Source: Intoshia linei
Lineage: Eukaryota > Animalia > Orthonectida
Assembly (NCBI GenBank): GCA_001642005.1
Contig: LWCA01000040.1
Location: 4,176 to 68,175, forward strand
Direction of reading: 5' to 3'
DNA: 64,000 nucleotides
The position numbers were made by a program, and so were the translations under genes. This document shows positions 25,701 through 37,949 of the stretch, one piece after another (position 1 is the first letter of the stretch; every line of letters starts with the position of its first letter). A model generated the notes under the pieces. That model saw nothing but the letters and a program-made list of their open reading frames with translations. It searched no databases and was not told where the DNA came from.

Positions 25701-27276
25701 ATCAGATTCAAATTTTTTGTGTTTGTTAACAGGATACAACTATACCACCTGTAAATTTTTTTAAATTATAGGGCTGTTTTCATTAAAAAAATGTCATTTG
25801 GGGTTTTGGCAATGAAGATATTATTTTTTTAAATTTAAATTTATGATAATGTTGATGATTTTAAAATCCGTATCATCGTATATATTTTTTTAAATTCTCC
25901 AACTCGTTTGATTTTCCAAAAAAAGGCAATTAGGCTTTTTGAACCGTAAGATGTGAGTTTGGAAGTTCGAAATTTATTTTTCTAACACCTCCGGAAAAAA
26001 CTGTAACTGAAATGTGGACTTTATAAAATTTAAGACTGGTAGTTATTGAAATAAACGGTAACACACACGCACACACACAACAAACAAATATTTCATATCA
26101 TATTATATAAGTCAGGATATTAAAGAATCCCTTCTAAATTCTAACAAGTCTAGTCTGTCAAGAAAAAGTGATGATGGCACAATAATTTATATATTAAGTT
26201 AAAAATTAACCATAGTTATTCCAATGCTCGTTATTTGACCGGGTGAAACATCTACTCCATATTCTTCGGGGAAAGGCATAGCATTTGCATCATGAATCAC
26301 AACTCGAAAGCCGACCTTTTCTGTCAATCGTATGTATTCGTCCTGGTGTGCATTTAAAGTTAAAACGAGACCTTAGTTAAAATTAGTTAAAACATAAAAT
26401 GAATCATAAAATCTAAAAGCAATTATAAAATAAACCATTTAATGGCCCAGTGAAAAAGCTATGCAAAGGGAAATTATCCAGACCCAAATTTAAAATGAAG
26501 CAGTTTCCATAAAGGTAATTGTAAATCTTTTGAATTTTTCTATAAAAAAATGTAAAGTTTTCACTATCAATTAAAATACTTCAATGAACATTTATATCCT
26601 TCAAATTGACAATCTAATATCAAATCGTCCATCTGATGTCCCAAATTGAATCGGTCAGATTCACTTAGAGTGTATAAATATTCCGTGACAATATTTAATT
26701 GTTGTATTTTAAGGTTTTTTTCTGACGATAGACCTTTATTAGCCATATCCAATGCTCGTTGATCGCTTTTTGGTGGAGGTGCAGCTTATTCAAATAAAAT
26801 AATATGCATTATTTAGTAATTTTACCTGGAGTAAGTAAAATATGACTAAGTAAGACATTGTCCACCTTAGATTTTCGAATATTGTTCGAATTGCAAATGG
26901 TTACAGCAGGAAATCGTAAATATTTACTATGTGTGATTGATATTTTATTATTTACCTAAAAATTTAGAATGTAAAATTTAAAATTTTTACATCATAAGCG
27001 AGAAAATTTTCAGTGATCCATAATGTATTTACAATCCAGGTACTTAATGCGGCAACAGTTAAAAGGATCCAAAACATTTTTTTTAGTATACCTGAAAATT
27101 TTAATTTTATTTTAATAAAACTTTATACATATACCTATCGCATAATAAATGTGGGTGACACCATGCGTGGATGAAGTTTCTATAAATCCATACAAAATGT
27201 TTCGAAAGCTTATTCGCACATATGGTACGTCTTTATATTCTTCTTCAACTTTATAATAATACCACTTTTTAAACAT
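22792..27276 (-). CDS. DEG/ENaC (amiloride-sensitive sodium channel family) subunit, multi-exon
   Basis: ATG at 27276 gives MFKKWYYY..FIETSSTHGVTHI (HG motif). Then TM1, FPAVTICNSN, DLILDCQFEGYKC, YGNCF, GFRVVIHD..PFPEEYGVDVSPG, the Cys-rich ACQKTCEQ..CNC, IYFEELN, and TM2 YLSDFGGAMGLYLGISVLSFFE. Confidence 0.93.
23761..24078. mobile_element. hAT-type MITE in an ENaC intron
   Basis: Termini CAGTG...CACTG, with a near-perfect 8-bp TSD ACATACAG/ACATGCAG. Confidence 0.7.
25420..26117 (-). mobile_element. Helitron-like element in an ENaC intron (3' end missing)
   Basis: 5' A|TCCTGACTTATATAAT on the - strand at 26117. The body matches the other family copies. Confidence 0.75.
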
Positions 27277-27437
27277 TTCCTATTGACGCATTACATTAAC
27301 TAAATTTTATAATTGTCAGTTTGTGATTTATAGGTAACGAAATATTAGTAACTAGATAATACAAACCGCTTTAAACAAGGTAAATTAAAGTATATTCTTT
27401 TATATAATTAATAGTAACAAAATTAGGATAGTTTTAT

Positions 27438-30400
27438 TCAATTGTTGGTGTTAATTTGGTGCATATATTTAGAAAATCTTTTAGATAAAACAATGCACAC
27501 CATAATGACGCTTGCTACAAGAAGAACGTTAACACAGGTTAACACTGATGAAAAATATGTTGACCATGTATTCGATTCTTCCAGGAGAACAGTCTGCTTT
27601 TCTAATCTTTCAAATTCTGGAAAATTTTCTGATAGTTTTGATATCGGGCCTGGTGGACCTTGTGGGCCCGGTAGACCTCTTCTACCTATAATGAGAATCA
27701 ATTAATTTACATAATTATTTACATATTTACACTTCACAATACCTTCAATTCTACCTCAATTATTTTTACTATTAGTGTTAATTTTTATAAAATTATAACT
27801 TTCGATAAAATAAAAAGTAAATAAAGTAGAATTGAATTTAAATATAGAAAGTGAATAACAAAACATGGTGATAACAGTTTATCACAATAAAAATGAGAAT
27901 TTGGAATTTAAAAATTGCGTAGCAATAAAAAAAATTCCGAAGGAATGAATTATATAGATTTTCAAACATATTTCTTTATTGGAAATGTGTAGACGTTCAA
28001 TGTAAATTTTTTTTGAAATTGTAGAATCAATATTTAAATTTTCAATTTTTGATTTTTGATTTTTGATTTTAATCGAAATATTTGAAAAATATTGGTTGAT
28101 AATATATTAAAAGTATTTATGTAAATTAAATTTTATTTGCATTTATTCATAAATAATATAACAATTGAAGTGGTTAATAGTATTAGTCACATGAATGTGT
28201 TGTCAATTATAAATTTAAATAAAAATTATAATCTGATTGTTTTTTATAATTATATACTTATTACATGAACATTACATTTACATATATATCATGTATAACA
28301 TAAAATTGATATTATAAATCATGTTCATATACAATATTCTCTTTAGAGTTCACCAATTTGCTAGTTTACATGTATTTCCACCTTTTCTATATATCTCAAT
28401 ACCAAAATCATACATATATTTCTAATTGATATCTAATTTCGGATTTTAAATCTAATTATAAGTTTTATTATATACTAGCTTGACTGTTAAGTACTTTGTA
28501 CAAACAGTGTTCTAGCCTATGCCGAGGGAGAACTTATTTAATTCTATTAAAAAAATAAATTAACAATAAATAAATAATAAAATCTTCTTAAAAATGCTAC
28601 ATTCACTATTACCCATACTTTAAAGAAGTGTTTCCTAAACTTGAATTTCACATATACAAAAAAACTTAAATAATAAATTTCTTTTAATACCGTGATTGCG
28701 TCACTTTGTCAGATTGAAATTTTTTGTGTGTATTAACTGGATATTAACTTTTTTTAAATTCTAGCACTATTTTCATTTCTAATACCAGATAATATATCGT
28801 TTTGATCGTGAAATATACATCTTTTTTGATCTTGCTGTTTATGATAATGATAATGATAAAAAAATAATACTAAAATCAATGTTTTATTAGATTTTTAGGC
28901 TGATTCTTTTAAAAAAAAAAAGTGGAAATTGTGTTTTTGATCCTTAAGCACTTAAATTTTAAAACTAAAAAATAGATAAAAACAAGCTCTAGAAAAAACA
29001 GTATTAAAAATTTGGTTTTTTAAATTATACGACTTTCAATTTTTTAAATAAACGGTAACAGACACACACATAAATTTATTTTTACATAAGTAAAGGATTT
29101 CATTATAAATTTTTTTTCAGTATTATTTTCATTGATATAATTAAAGTAGAGACACCAAATCAAAATTTTTGAGCAATTTTTGATTCTCACATTAGCATTT
29201 TCAAAACATTTTGTTTAAAAATTAAATGTTTATAAGTGAAATTTCAATAAAATATGTTTTTAGTGCATAATACATAATAGTTACTACATAAAACACCAAA
29301 ATGCAGTGACGTGGAGAACCAACGTTGCGACAGGGTCTGATATAAATAGAACTGAAATAATGTAATACCTGCTATTCCAGTTTTCCCAGTAAATCCTTTT
29401 TGTCCTCTTGGGCCCATTGGACCTGGCATACCTATTTATACATAAAAGTTAATACAAAGTTAATAGTTACCCAAATTTCCCATTAAACCTATATTTCCTT
29501 TTTTTCCAGTTGGACCAGTGTCTCCTTTTAGACCTTTGTCACCAAATTGACCTTTTGGACCTGGTTCTCCGTTATAACCACGTTCTCCCTTTCCACCATT
29601 CAAACCATTAAGTCCATTTGTACCATCAACTCCATTATATCCTTGATTTCCTCTATAACCTTTCTCTCCTCTCTCTCCTGGAAAACCTAAAATTAAGATT
29701 TGCAAACCGAAATTCTATTTTATTAAATACCTATAGGTCCAATGTTTCCTTTTGAACCTATACCCATTTGACCTTTGTCTCCTAAATATACAATTTATGA
29801 ACAATATGTAATTATTAGGTAAATTTTTTTAAAATATAATTGTTATTAAAACCTCATTACTTTTTTTCAGTTAGTTTATTTTGTTTTGGTATGAGTAGAA
29901 AAAAGTTATACAAAATTAAGGTTAAGATTTATCATGGTAAAAAATTTCTGTTTAGTGTAGGGGTTCACACACTTTTCACGGTGGACCGATAATAAATTAT
30001 AAAATTTATCGCAGATCATTAAAATGAAATTACTAAACCAAATTAAAAAAAAATTGATTAAAAATGTAATATATTGACTTTTTAAAATCTAATTAGTAAA
30101 AAATTTTTAAAAATTATTTCATGAACCGGTAAAAACTTTTCACGGACAAATACTGGTCTGCGGACCGGCATTTGAGAAACTTTGATTTAGTCAATATACT
30201 AAAAGTGCTCAACTTTATTATAACTCTATATTCCAGTTTATCATTAACTATACAAGGAAGGAGATTTATTCATCCAAAGTTTTTTAGATTCAAATGATTT
30301 TGGATTACAGGGTCTGAAGTAAATTCAATATTCTTTATAGTATCATCCGTCTCATTGATACTAAAGGACTATTTTTCCGTGTTAATAGTATATTTTAGAG

Positions 30401-33400
30401 AGTTATAACCATATAATTCGATTAACTCATTATATAATCCCGTTACAGGCACTGCTCTACTAGATCTCCGCAATTATTTACCCATGATAAATGGTTTCAG
30501 TTTAACTTAAACCTTAAGTATATACTTTTATCGATTTAAGGTTAAATTGATAGTTAAAATAAATTTTTGTAATACTTTTTTCCTGTATCTTGTGTTTACC
30601 AAATTTACGTTAATAAAAAGCAAATAAAAACTTGAATAATTTATGAAAACACTTACAATAATACAAATAAGGAATATTTAACCAATAACAAATAGATAGA
30701 ATAATATTAAATCAATAACTCAAAAAACGATAAAGTTAATAAGAAATGAGTAATATAAAATAAATTAATGTATATAGAATTTAAATTAAATAATTAACGG
30801 AAATTCATAAAAATGTGATACATAATAAAAAATACCAAAAGATTTTAAAAGTACCTTTAGTTCCTTTATATGACTTTAAGTCTATGTGAGCGATTTCTCC
30901 CTTATCACCTAAATTTATATAAAATATATAAATTAATATTAAAAACATCCCTACTTAATTTAAAAGTTGCTAAAATGTGTCAGGAATTAAACCTGTGTGT
31001 AATCATATACATATATTAATTGAAGTTTAAAGTTTAAACTAACAGTCGCAAAAATTTAAAGTCGAAAATATGAAGTCCGTGTTTTCCGGTAAATTTAAAA
31101 TTCAAAAATTGGACTTTGATGGCCACAACCTGGAATAACCCTTTTTTCAAATTAAGTCTTGAAATTTTAAAAATATAAATTCAGAAACAGTTTTAAATGA
31201 AAATATTCTTAAACCCAACTATTTTTACTTTATTTTGTTTTGTTTGTGATATAGAGTTTTTATGGGATATTCCGCAATTCTGTAAAACTGGATTTTTCCC
31301 TTAAAGGTTGATAAAACTAAAATCTTCCTTTTAGGGTTAATAAAATTGGAATTTTCTCTAAAAGGTTTTTAAAACTAAATTTTTTTTTTTTAATGTTGGT
31401 AAATTAAGATTTTTAGTAAAAATGGTTGGAATTAAGTAGACATTATGGATTCCTGATTATTCGAAAATTTGAAAAACCGGTTATCGAATAATTCCGATTA
31501 TTTGAACAACGATTATCCAATTAATCGAAATTTAAAATTTTTAACATGAAATTTAATCATAATCAAAAGAGAATTTCATCTTGTTTTTACATCCAAAATT
31601 AATTTCAATTCTTTTTTATGTGTCAAATAACAGCTTTATAGACAGTAATTTTTTACATGATTTGCGAATCAATCTCACAATTTTTCGAATTTTTGATAAA
31701 GTTTCATAAACTAGAGAATGTATGATATTTTCGTCACTATTTTCTTCAGATGTATTATTATATGAATATTCACTATTAGAATTAGAAAATAATGATTTAT
31801 TGATTGCGAAATTGAATATAAGACATCACACACAGCTAAGTGTATCGCATGGGAAAAACAAGTTTGATGTAAACAAGGTACTATCCTTCATAATTTCATC
31901 ATGACACTTTCTCCATCAGTTGTGGCACAAACGATGTCTATTTATGTCAAGTTCAAATTTGAACATTTTTTCCTTAATAATTTGTACATATTTCTCTGAT
32001 TTGGTCGATCCAGAAATTCTGATCAAACCTGTATTATATATTTTAAGTTTTGTATGAATATTTATATTCATGTAATTTCGATTATTAATTCCAGTATATT
32101 TATCAAGAGTGAAACTGAACATGGTTTTATTTTGTAAATCCTGAAAAATTAGACTATTTGATATATTTATGAACATTTTGAAAATCCGATTATTCGAAAT
32201 ATATTCCGATTATTGTAAGCGATTAACCGGGTTTGAGATTAATCGATTAATCGGATATCATTCCCTAGTAGACACCCTTTTTAAATAATATAAAATAATT
32301 ATTGTATAATATTTTTTTATTAATTATTCAATATAAAATTAAATCAAACCTTTATGTCCTTTCATCCCCGGACCACCAATTTTACCATCGATCCCTTGAG
32401 GACCTAATTGAAAAGTTTATAGTTTACAACCATGTTGTTACCTATTGCACCCAGATATCCTCTATCACCTATTAATTAACATTAATACAAAACAGATTAA
32501 TTTAGTAATTGAATCTTACCTTTACTTCCTTTTTCTCCTTTTGGGCCAACATAAGGAGTAGTTAATTTGGTACTGGTACTAGAAGATGTTGTATACGAGG
32601 AAGTCGTAGATGAAGAGCTAATTCGGGATTCACATGTATCACGACCGACAGCATTTAAAATATCATTTGATGATATAATACCAGAATTTGTTCTTAAATC
32701 GGAATAATGTATAATTCTGTCGAAAGATTGAAGATTATACTGGGTTTTAATTTCATCAGCAGTAACTCCCGTGAAAGCTACTACAAAAAAATAATCATAC
32801 GTTGCTGAAAGAAATCTTAATCGTTGAATATCTGCATCGATATTGTACTCTGGATCTGTAGATTTAATTTCGTATAATCCATCAGTTAACATAATTACAA
32901 CCAAGGGAACACTTACTCTTCTACCTCTAGCTGTATTCATCATTTGTGCTATACTTTCTAGAGCCGCTAATGAATTTGTCTTGGCTCTCGAATCGGGATA
33001 AATTGTGCTTTGCTAATTTTAAAAGTAAACAAAAGATAAATAAATTGTAAATCAATAATCATATAATTAAGAAAATATTCTTAAATGAGTGGTTACCGAT
33101 TGGGATCCAAAAATATATGCTTTGGGTTCGTGAGATTTAATAATCACATAAAATAAAAAAATATTTTATCAACTTTTTTTAATTTTAGAATTTTTAATAT
33201 TTATTACAGACTCGCCACATGCTGTGAATTCATCCTAAAGCCTAAACGACCGCTACATTTTAATTCAAAAATCTCACTAATAAATTCAATTAATCCCATC
33301 ATTAATAAAAGTTAATAAAGAATACCATTTAAAACCCTCATGGAAAAATCGACTTTTACTCATATTTTTTTGTAAAATCCGATTTTACATAATCTTATAA

Positions 33401-34740
33401 GCAACAACTTCTTAATCCAAAACCCAAAATAAAAAATACAATTTTACCATCATAACTTAAAGGAAAAATTTCTTTTTTTCAATATTGTGTGTTCCACTTT
33501 ATTGAAATAACTACTAGTCTTAGAATTTTATAAAGTTCACATTTCAATTATAGTTTTTTCCGGGACATATAATAAAATAAATTTCAACCTCCCAAACTCA
33601 CATCTTACGGGTCAAAAATCTTAATTGTTTTTTTATTGAAGATTAAACGAGTTAAAGAATTTGAAAAAATATATACGCTGGTACGAATTTTAAAATCATA
33701 AACATTATCATAAATTTATATTTAAAAAAATATATCTTCAGGGCCAAAACTCCAAATTACTTTTTTTTTTTAATGAAGACAGTATTAGAATTTAAAAAAA
33801 GTTACAGGTGGTACACTTGTATCCTGTTAACACACACAGAAAATTTCAACCCGAATAAGTGACGACTTCACGGTCAAAAAGCATTTTAGTATTCATATTT
33901 TTTTTTCGAAATATTTTATTAAAACAAAAAAAATCAAATAATTAACGGTCCGAAAATTACAAAAAAAAATTATTCTGATAGAGCTTATTCCAGTTGATAT
34001 AAATACAAAAGTTCAACCCGAGAAATCTACACATTCCCGATAAAAAATAATTTTTAATATATTATTAACCAATATTTCAATTAAAATAAAAATATTTTAA
34101 ATACCTCGTTGCCATTACAATAACTTTTGAAACCCCTTTTAAATGACATAGCAGAATAAATTCAAAAGCATTTTTACCTTACAAAAAATTTTCCTAATAA
34201 GTGAATTTATAAGTTATAAAAATTAATAAACATTAAAATTTAAGTTGAAGACATAGCAAACTTATCATGAATGTCTTGAAATTCAAAAAGTCCTTTAAAA
34301 ATTTAAGCATAATACAAAAGTATCATTGACAACCACAAACACCCCACCCAGCCCGATGAGAAACCTATTTACCGTAAATTCGGCTCTGGCTAAATATGAA
34401 TATTAATATTTTACGAATCAACTTTGATGAAATTGATAAAAATTTAAATTACCTCAGCAATTTTATCCAATAATGCATCTTTATTCCCAGCAAATGTATC
34501 AAAATCAAAAACAACACGCGATGAGTCACCAAACGTAACAAGTGAAACTCTAATTTCATCGGCTGTAGTTATAGTTAAATTGGAAACAATATCTCGTATA
34601 AATATGACTGAAGGTTCATAATTTTGGTGATACAAAACAGATCCTGATTTATCCTGAATAATGACTAAATCGTATCGACAAATTTCGCTGTTTATGTCGA
34701 TAAATAAAACAAAAAAAATTAATATTATCCAACTATTCAT
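27438..34740 (-). CDS. Type I membrane protein: signal peptide, VWA (complete MIDAS), Ser/Thr linker, collagen triple helix (about 55 Gly-X-Y triplets with interruptions), TM and short tail
   Basis: Exon 1 MNSWIILIFFVLFIDINS..DLVIIQDKSGS. Exon 2 KTNS..VIMLTDG..SSSTTSSYTT..GPKGEKGSK. Phase-1 collagen exons near 32443-32469, 32351-32404, 30856-30909, 29731-29782, 29472-29687 and 29369-29431. Last exon GRRGLPGPQGPPGP..FSSVLTCVNVLLVASVIMVCIVLSKRFSK, TGA at 27438-27440. Confidence 0.85.
28475..29097 (-). mobile_element. Helitron-like element, older copy with both termini
   Basis: CTAG|T 3' end at 28475 with the adjacent hairpin, and 5' TCCTTTACTTATG at 29097. Confidence 0.7.
31444..32267 (-). mobile_element. 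Internally deleted hAT transposon with a transposase remnant
   Basis: FSFTLDKYTGINNRNYMNINIH..GLIRISGS (first catalytic Asp region) and CFSHAIHLAVCDVL (CxxH). Subterminal CCGATTA/TAATCG repeats. 8-bp TSD GTAGACAT/GTAGACAC. Confidence 0.75.
33480..34075 (+). mobile_element. Helitron-like element, internal portion
   Basis: Near reverse complement of 2130-2720. Confidence 0.7.
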
Positions 34741-34921
34741 TTTTTTTTAAATTCAAACAACAAAATAATGTATTCACTTGGAAATTCCTTCGACTAGATA
34801 ATAATATTCTATAAAACTGGATTATTATTCTAAAATCTGAAATGTCTAAAATTCTTTATTCAATACGTCTACATAATCTACGCTTGATTAAATTTTTATT
34901 GTATTTATGGGAAGAGTACAT

Positions 34922-36737
34922 TTATAAATACATATAGTTGCTTGGAAATACACCACGTTCTGATCCGTTGTCGACTACCCACCATCCATCATCTAATTTG
35001 GCTATCACCTAAAGTTTAATATTATTTTGATTAAATTTTATAACTTTGACATAGTCGCCTGCTTCCAAATCAATTTCATCAGATTTTTTACTTTTATAAC
35101 TATATTTCACTTTGCGCATTGTATATTTACCATTTACTACTTTGCACGATTCGACCGTACTCATTGTGCGATGTATGTTATTTTGCTTTTCCGTTTTATC
35201 TGGCGTTACCAAAACAACTACTTTTGTGTCAGTGTTAGAGCATTGCGTAGAATCTGTTCTATTTATTTTTTTGTGTGTCATGTCGAAATCTAATGTCAAT
35301 GTCTTTTTACTTATTTCGTTTTTTCGTTTCGGTGTTTGTGGTGGTTGGTCCATTATATCTGCTTTTTCTTTATAAAATTTGCTTAATTGTATATTTTTAT
35401 CTTGTTGAGTTTTTTCTATAATTATCTCATTCACTTTTTTCAATTCATGTTCTTTCTTTATTACTGTTATATCATTTTTATTTTCAACTTGATTTTCATT
35501 TTCATTTTCTTTTATTGTTTCAATAATTTCAATTTTTTCAACTGGGTTTACAATGTTGACATTATTAATTGTAGCACATAAAGATTCATTTTTTTCTATA
35601 TTTCTTAAATTTAATTCATTTTCGTATTTATCTAATTAAATTATAATGATATTTTTATAAATAATAACTAAAATTATGTAAACAATACCTCTGTTGTCAG
35701 TGTATAATCGTTTATAATTTGGAATTGTAATATTATCAAATCGCATATGTGTTGATACGTATTCCTAAAATTAAAAAAAAATATACCAAATTATAACCGA
35801 TAAACTTTAATTAGAAAGTTTAAACCACTTAAAAAACTTAAAAAACTTTTTATAAATAAAATTAATAAAAATGTATAAAATACAATACATACAAATGTAC
35901 ATTGTATATTTAAATGTAGTATTATTTATTATTATTATTATTTATTTTTATGTAGTTACCAATTTACCTTATTTTGGATATTTATCTTTTCAGTTTCTAA
36001 TTTTTTCTTGAAATATTCATTGAAAAAGTGTTCACTTTCCATTATTGATTGAATTGAAGAATTTAATTTGCATTGATTCAGCCATACATAAAATTCTGTT
36101 ACTTCGGCCTTTTAAATTAAAAATTAAATCAAATTACGTACATGACTAATTTGAAAGAAGGTATCAATTATGGTTACGCGGATTGAGTTATAGTTGATTT
36201 GCCACCTTTTGACAAATTATTTATTTATTTATATTTTTTAAATTCAAAAATTTATTTAGAGGGTGCAGAATAATGTAATTTAAATATTACTGTATAGAAT
36301 ATGAAAAATTTATTTCTCATTTAATGACAATTATACTTAAATATGGACGGCCAAAGTTCTTATTTTGATATATACATATCATAATGATTACAGCACAGTA
36401 TATAAATTATAGAGATAATATAGCACACTATTAAAATAATAAATTTTAAAAATACTAAATTCATACCAGATAACTTTTGAATTCATTTCGACTATGCAAT
36501 TTTTTCACCTCTGTATTTTCTAAAAAAACAATTTACATTAATCTATTATTTTAAAATATTCAATGGTAGATAAGATCCAATTATAAAGTATAGTATTATT
36601 TTTGAAGATTTAATAACTTTCCAAATATTTTACATGCTTATAACATTACCCACATATTTGATATCTTCAAATTTATTTATAGCTTTTCTCAAAAAATTAA
36701 TACGAGTGTCATCAGGCAAATTTAATTCATTTTCAAT
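34922..36737 (-). CDS. Coiled-coil protein with a C-terminal SH3 domain (possibly F-BAR-type; 5' extent unresolved)
   Basis: RKVKYSYKSKKSDEIDLEAGDYVK, then a 36-nt intron (35009-35044), then VIAKLDDGWWVVDNGSERGVFPSNYMYL*, which is a canonical SH3. Upstream helical exons lie near 35967-36110 and 36650-36737. Confidence 0.65.
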
Positions 36738-36899
36738 CTAAAAAAATAAAATTTAATAAATTAGTACAGTAGACACTCGAAAATTGACAACTTTTTAAGA
36801 TATTATATAAAAACTATACTAATATAAATTAAGTTCGCGTCTAAAAAGTTAAAGTTAAAATTAAAAATGAAAAAGTAAATAATCATTCTACAATTTCAA

Positions 36900-37265
36900 A
36901 AAAAATATTGGTGGAAATGTGTATAAATAATTCCTTCGGATTTTTTTTATTGCTACGCAATTTTTCATTCTCAAATTATAATTTTCAAAACATTTTGTTA
37001 AAAATTTAAATTAAAACTGTAGCAACGAATTATTCATTCATTATTGGTAAAATTCATCTGAAATATGTTTCTAAAGTGCTCATTCCGTTAATTATTGATA
37101 CTAAACTTACCACTCATTTAAACTACTCTTTTAAAAAATTGATATTAGTGAATAGTAGTATTTTTAAGTTAGATTTTCAACTCGAGTTTATTTTTTTGGT
37201 AGAATAAAAATGTGCCCTCGGCAAAGCTAGATACTGTTTGTACGTAGTACATAACAGTCAACTAG
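36900..37265 (+). mobile_element. Helitron-like element, 3' part
   Basis: Ends CTGTTTGTACGTAGTACATAACAGTCAACTAG|T (hairpin plus CTAG). Confidence 0.75.
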
Positions 37266-37949
37266 TATATAAATAAAAAAATAATAATATTTAATAAATC
37301 AATTGATATTTAAATTACAGCCGTATTTAATTAAATTCTGAAATTTCAATTATAATAAATATAACTTTAACTTAAATTCGAAAAGCGATGGTTACCAAAA
37401 AATACATTAATGCTATAACATCAAAATGTAATTTCAGATGTTGAAAACTATATTTTATAATTTTCAATAAAAGTATCGCAAACATTTTATTTGTATTTTA
37501 TAAAATATAATAAACAAATATTAATTGTTTTCAATAACATTTATATTTTAATTAAAAATTTCAAACCAATTAATAACCTTGAGAACTGTTATAGTTTAAA
37601 ATTTGAAATTCAAATTTTATTTAACAATAAACATTAATTTAAAGTATTTCTACAATAAATAATGAAGTTATGTTAACTTTAGAGTAACTACAGAAGTATT
37701 ATAAAGTTCGACTTCATAATATGCAAAGCAAATTTATTTTTTATGGTGAAGGTGTTGATTTCAGGGATTAAAACTTACCGTATTGTTCATTAATCTAAAA
37801 TATTCAATCTACATGATATTTTTACAATGGTAGAATTCTTAATTGTTGGTGTAAACTTTACACCAACCAGAAAAATGGCAGTGATCAACATAAAAAAAGT
37901 TTTTAAAATTGATTAAACTTGAAATTAAAATTACATTTAAATCAATAAG

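Noticed and set aside
27277-27440. Stop-codon read-through fusing collagen to ENaC
   Set aside because: After TGA the frame reads ATA AAA CTA TCC TAA, and the 161-nt spacer is not a multiple of 3. Only splicing could fuse the two.
30200-30500. Degenerate reading frame on the - strand with LRRSSR..P, resembling a retrotransposon pol linker
   Set aside because: It has multiple stops and only one short motif, which is not enough to call.
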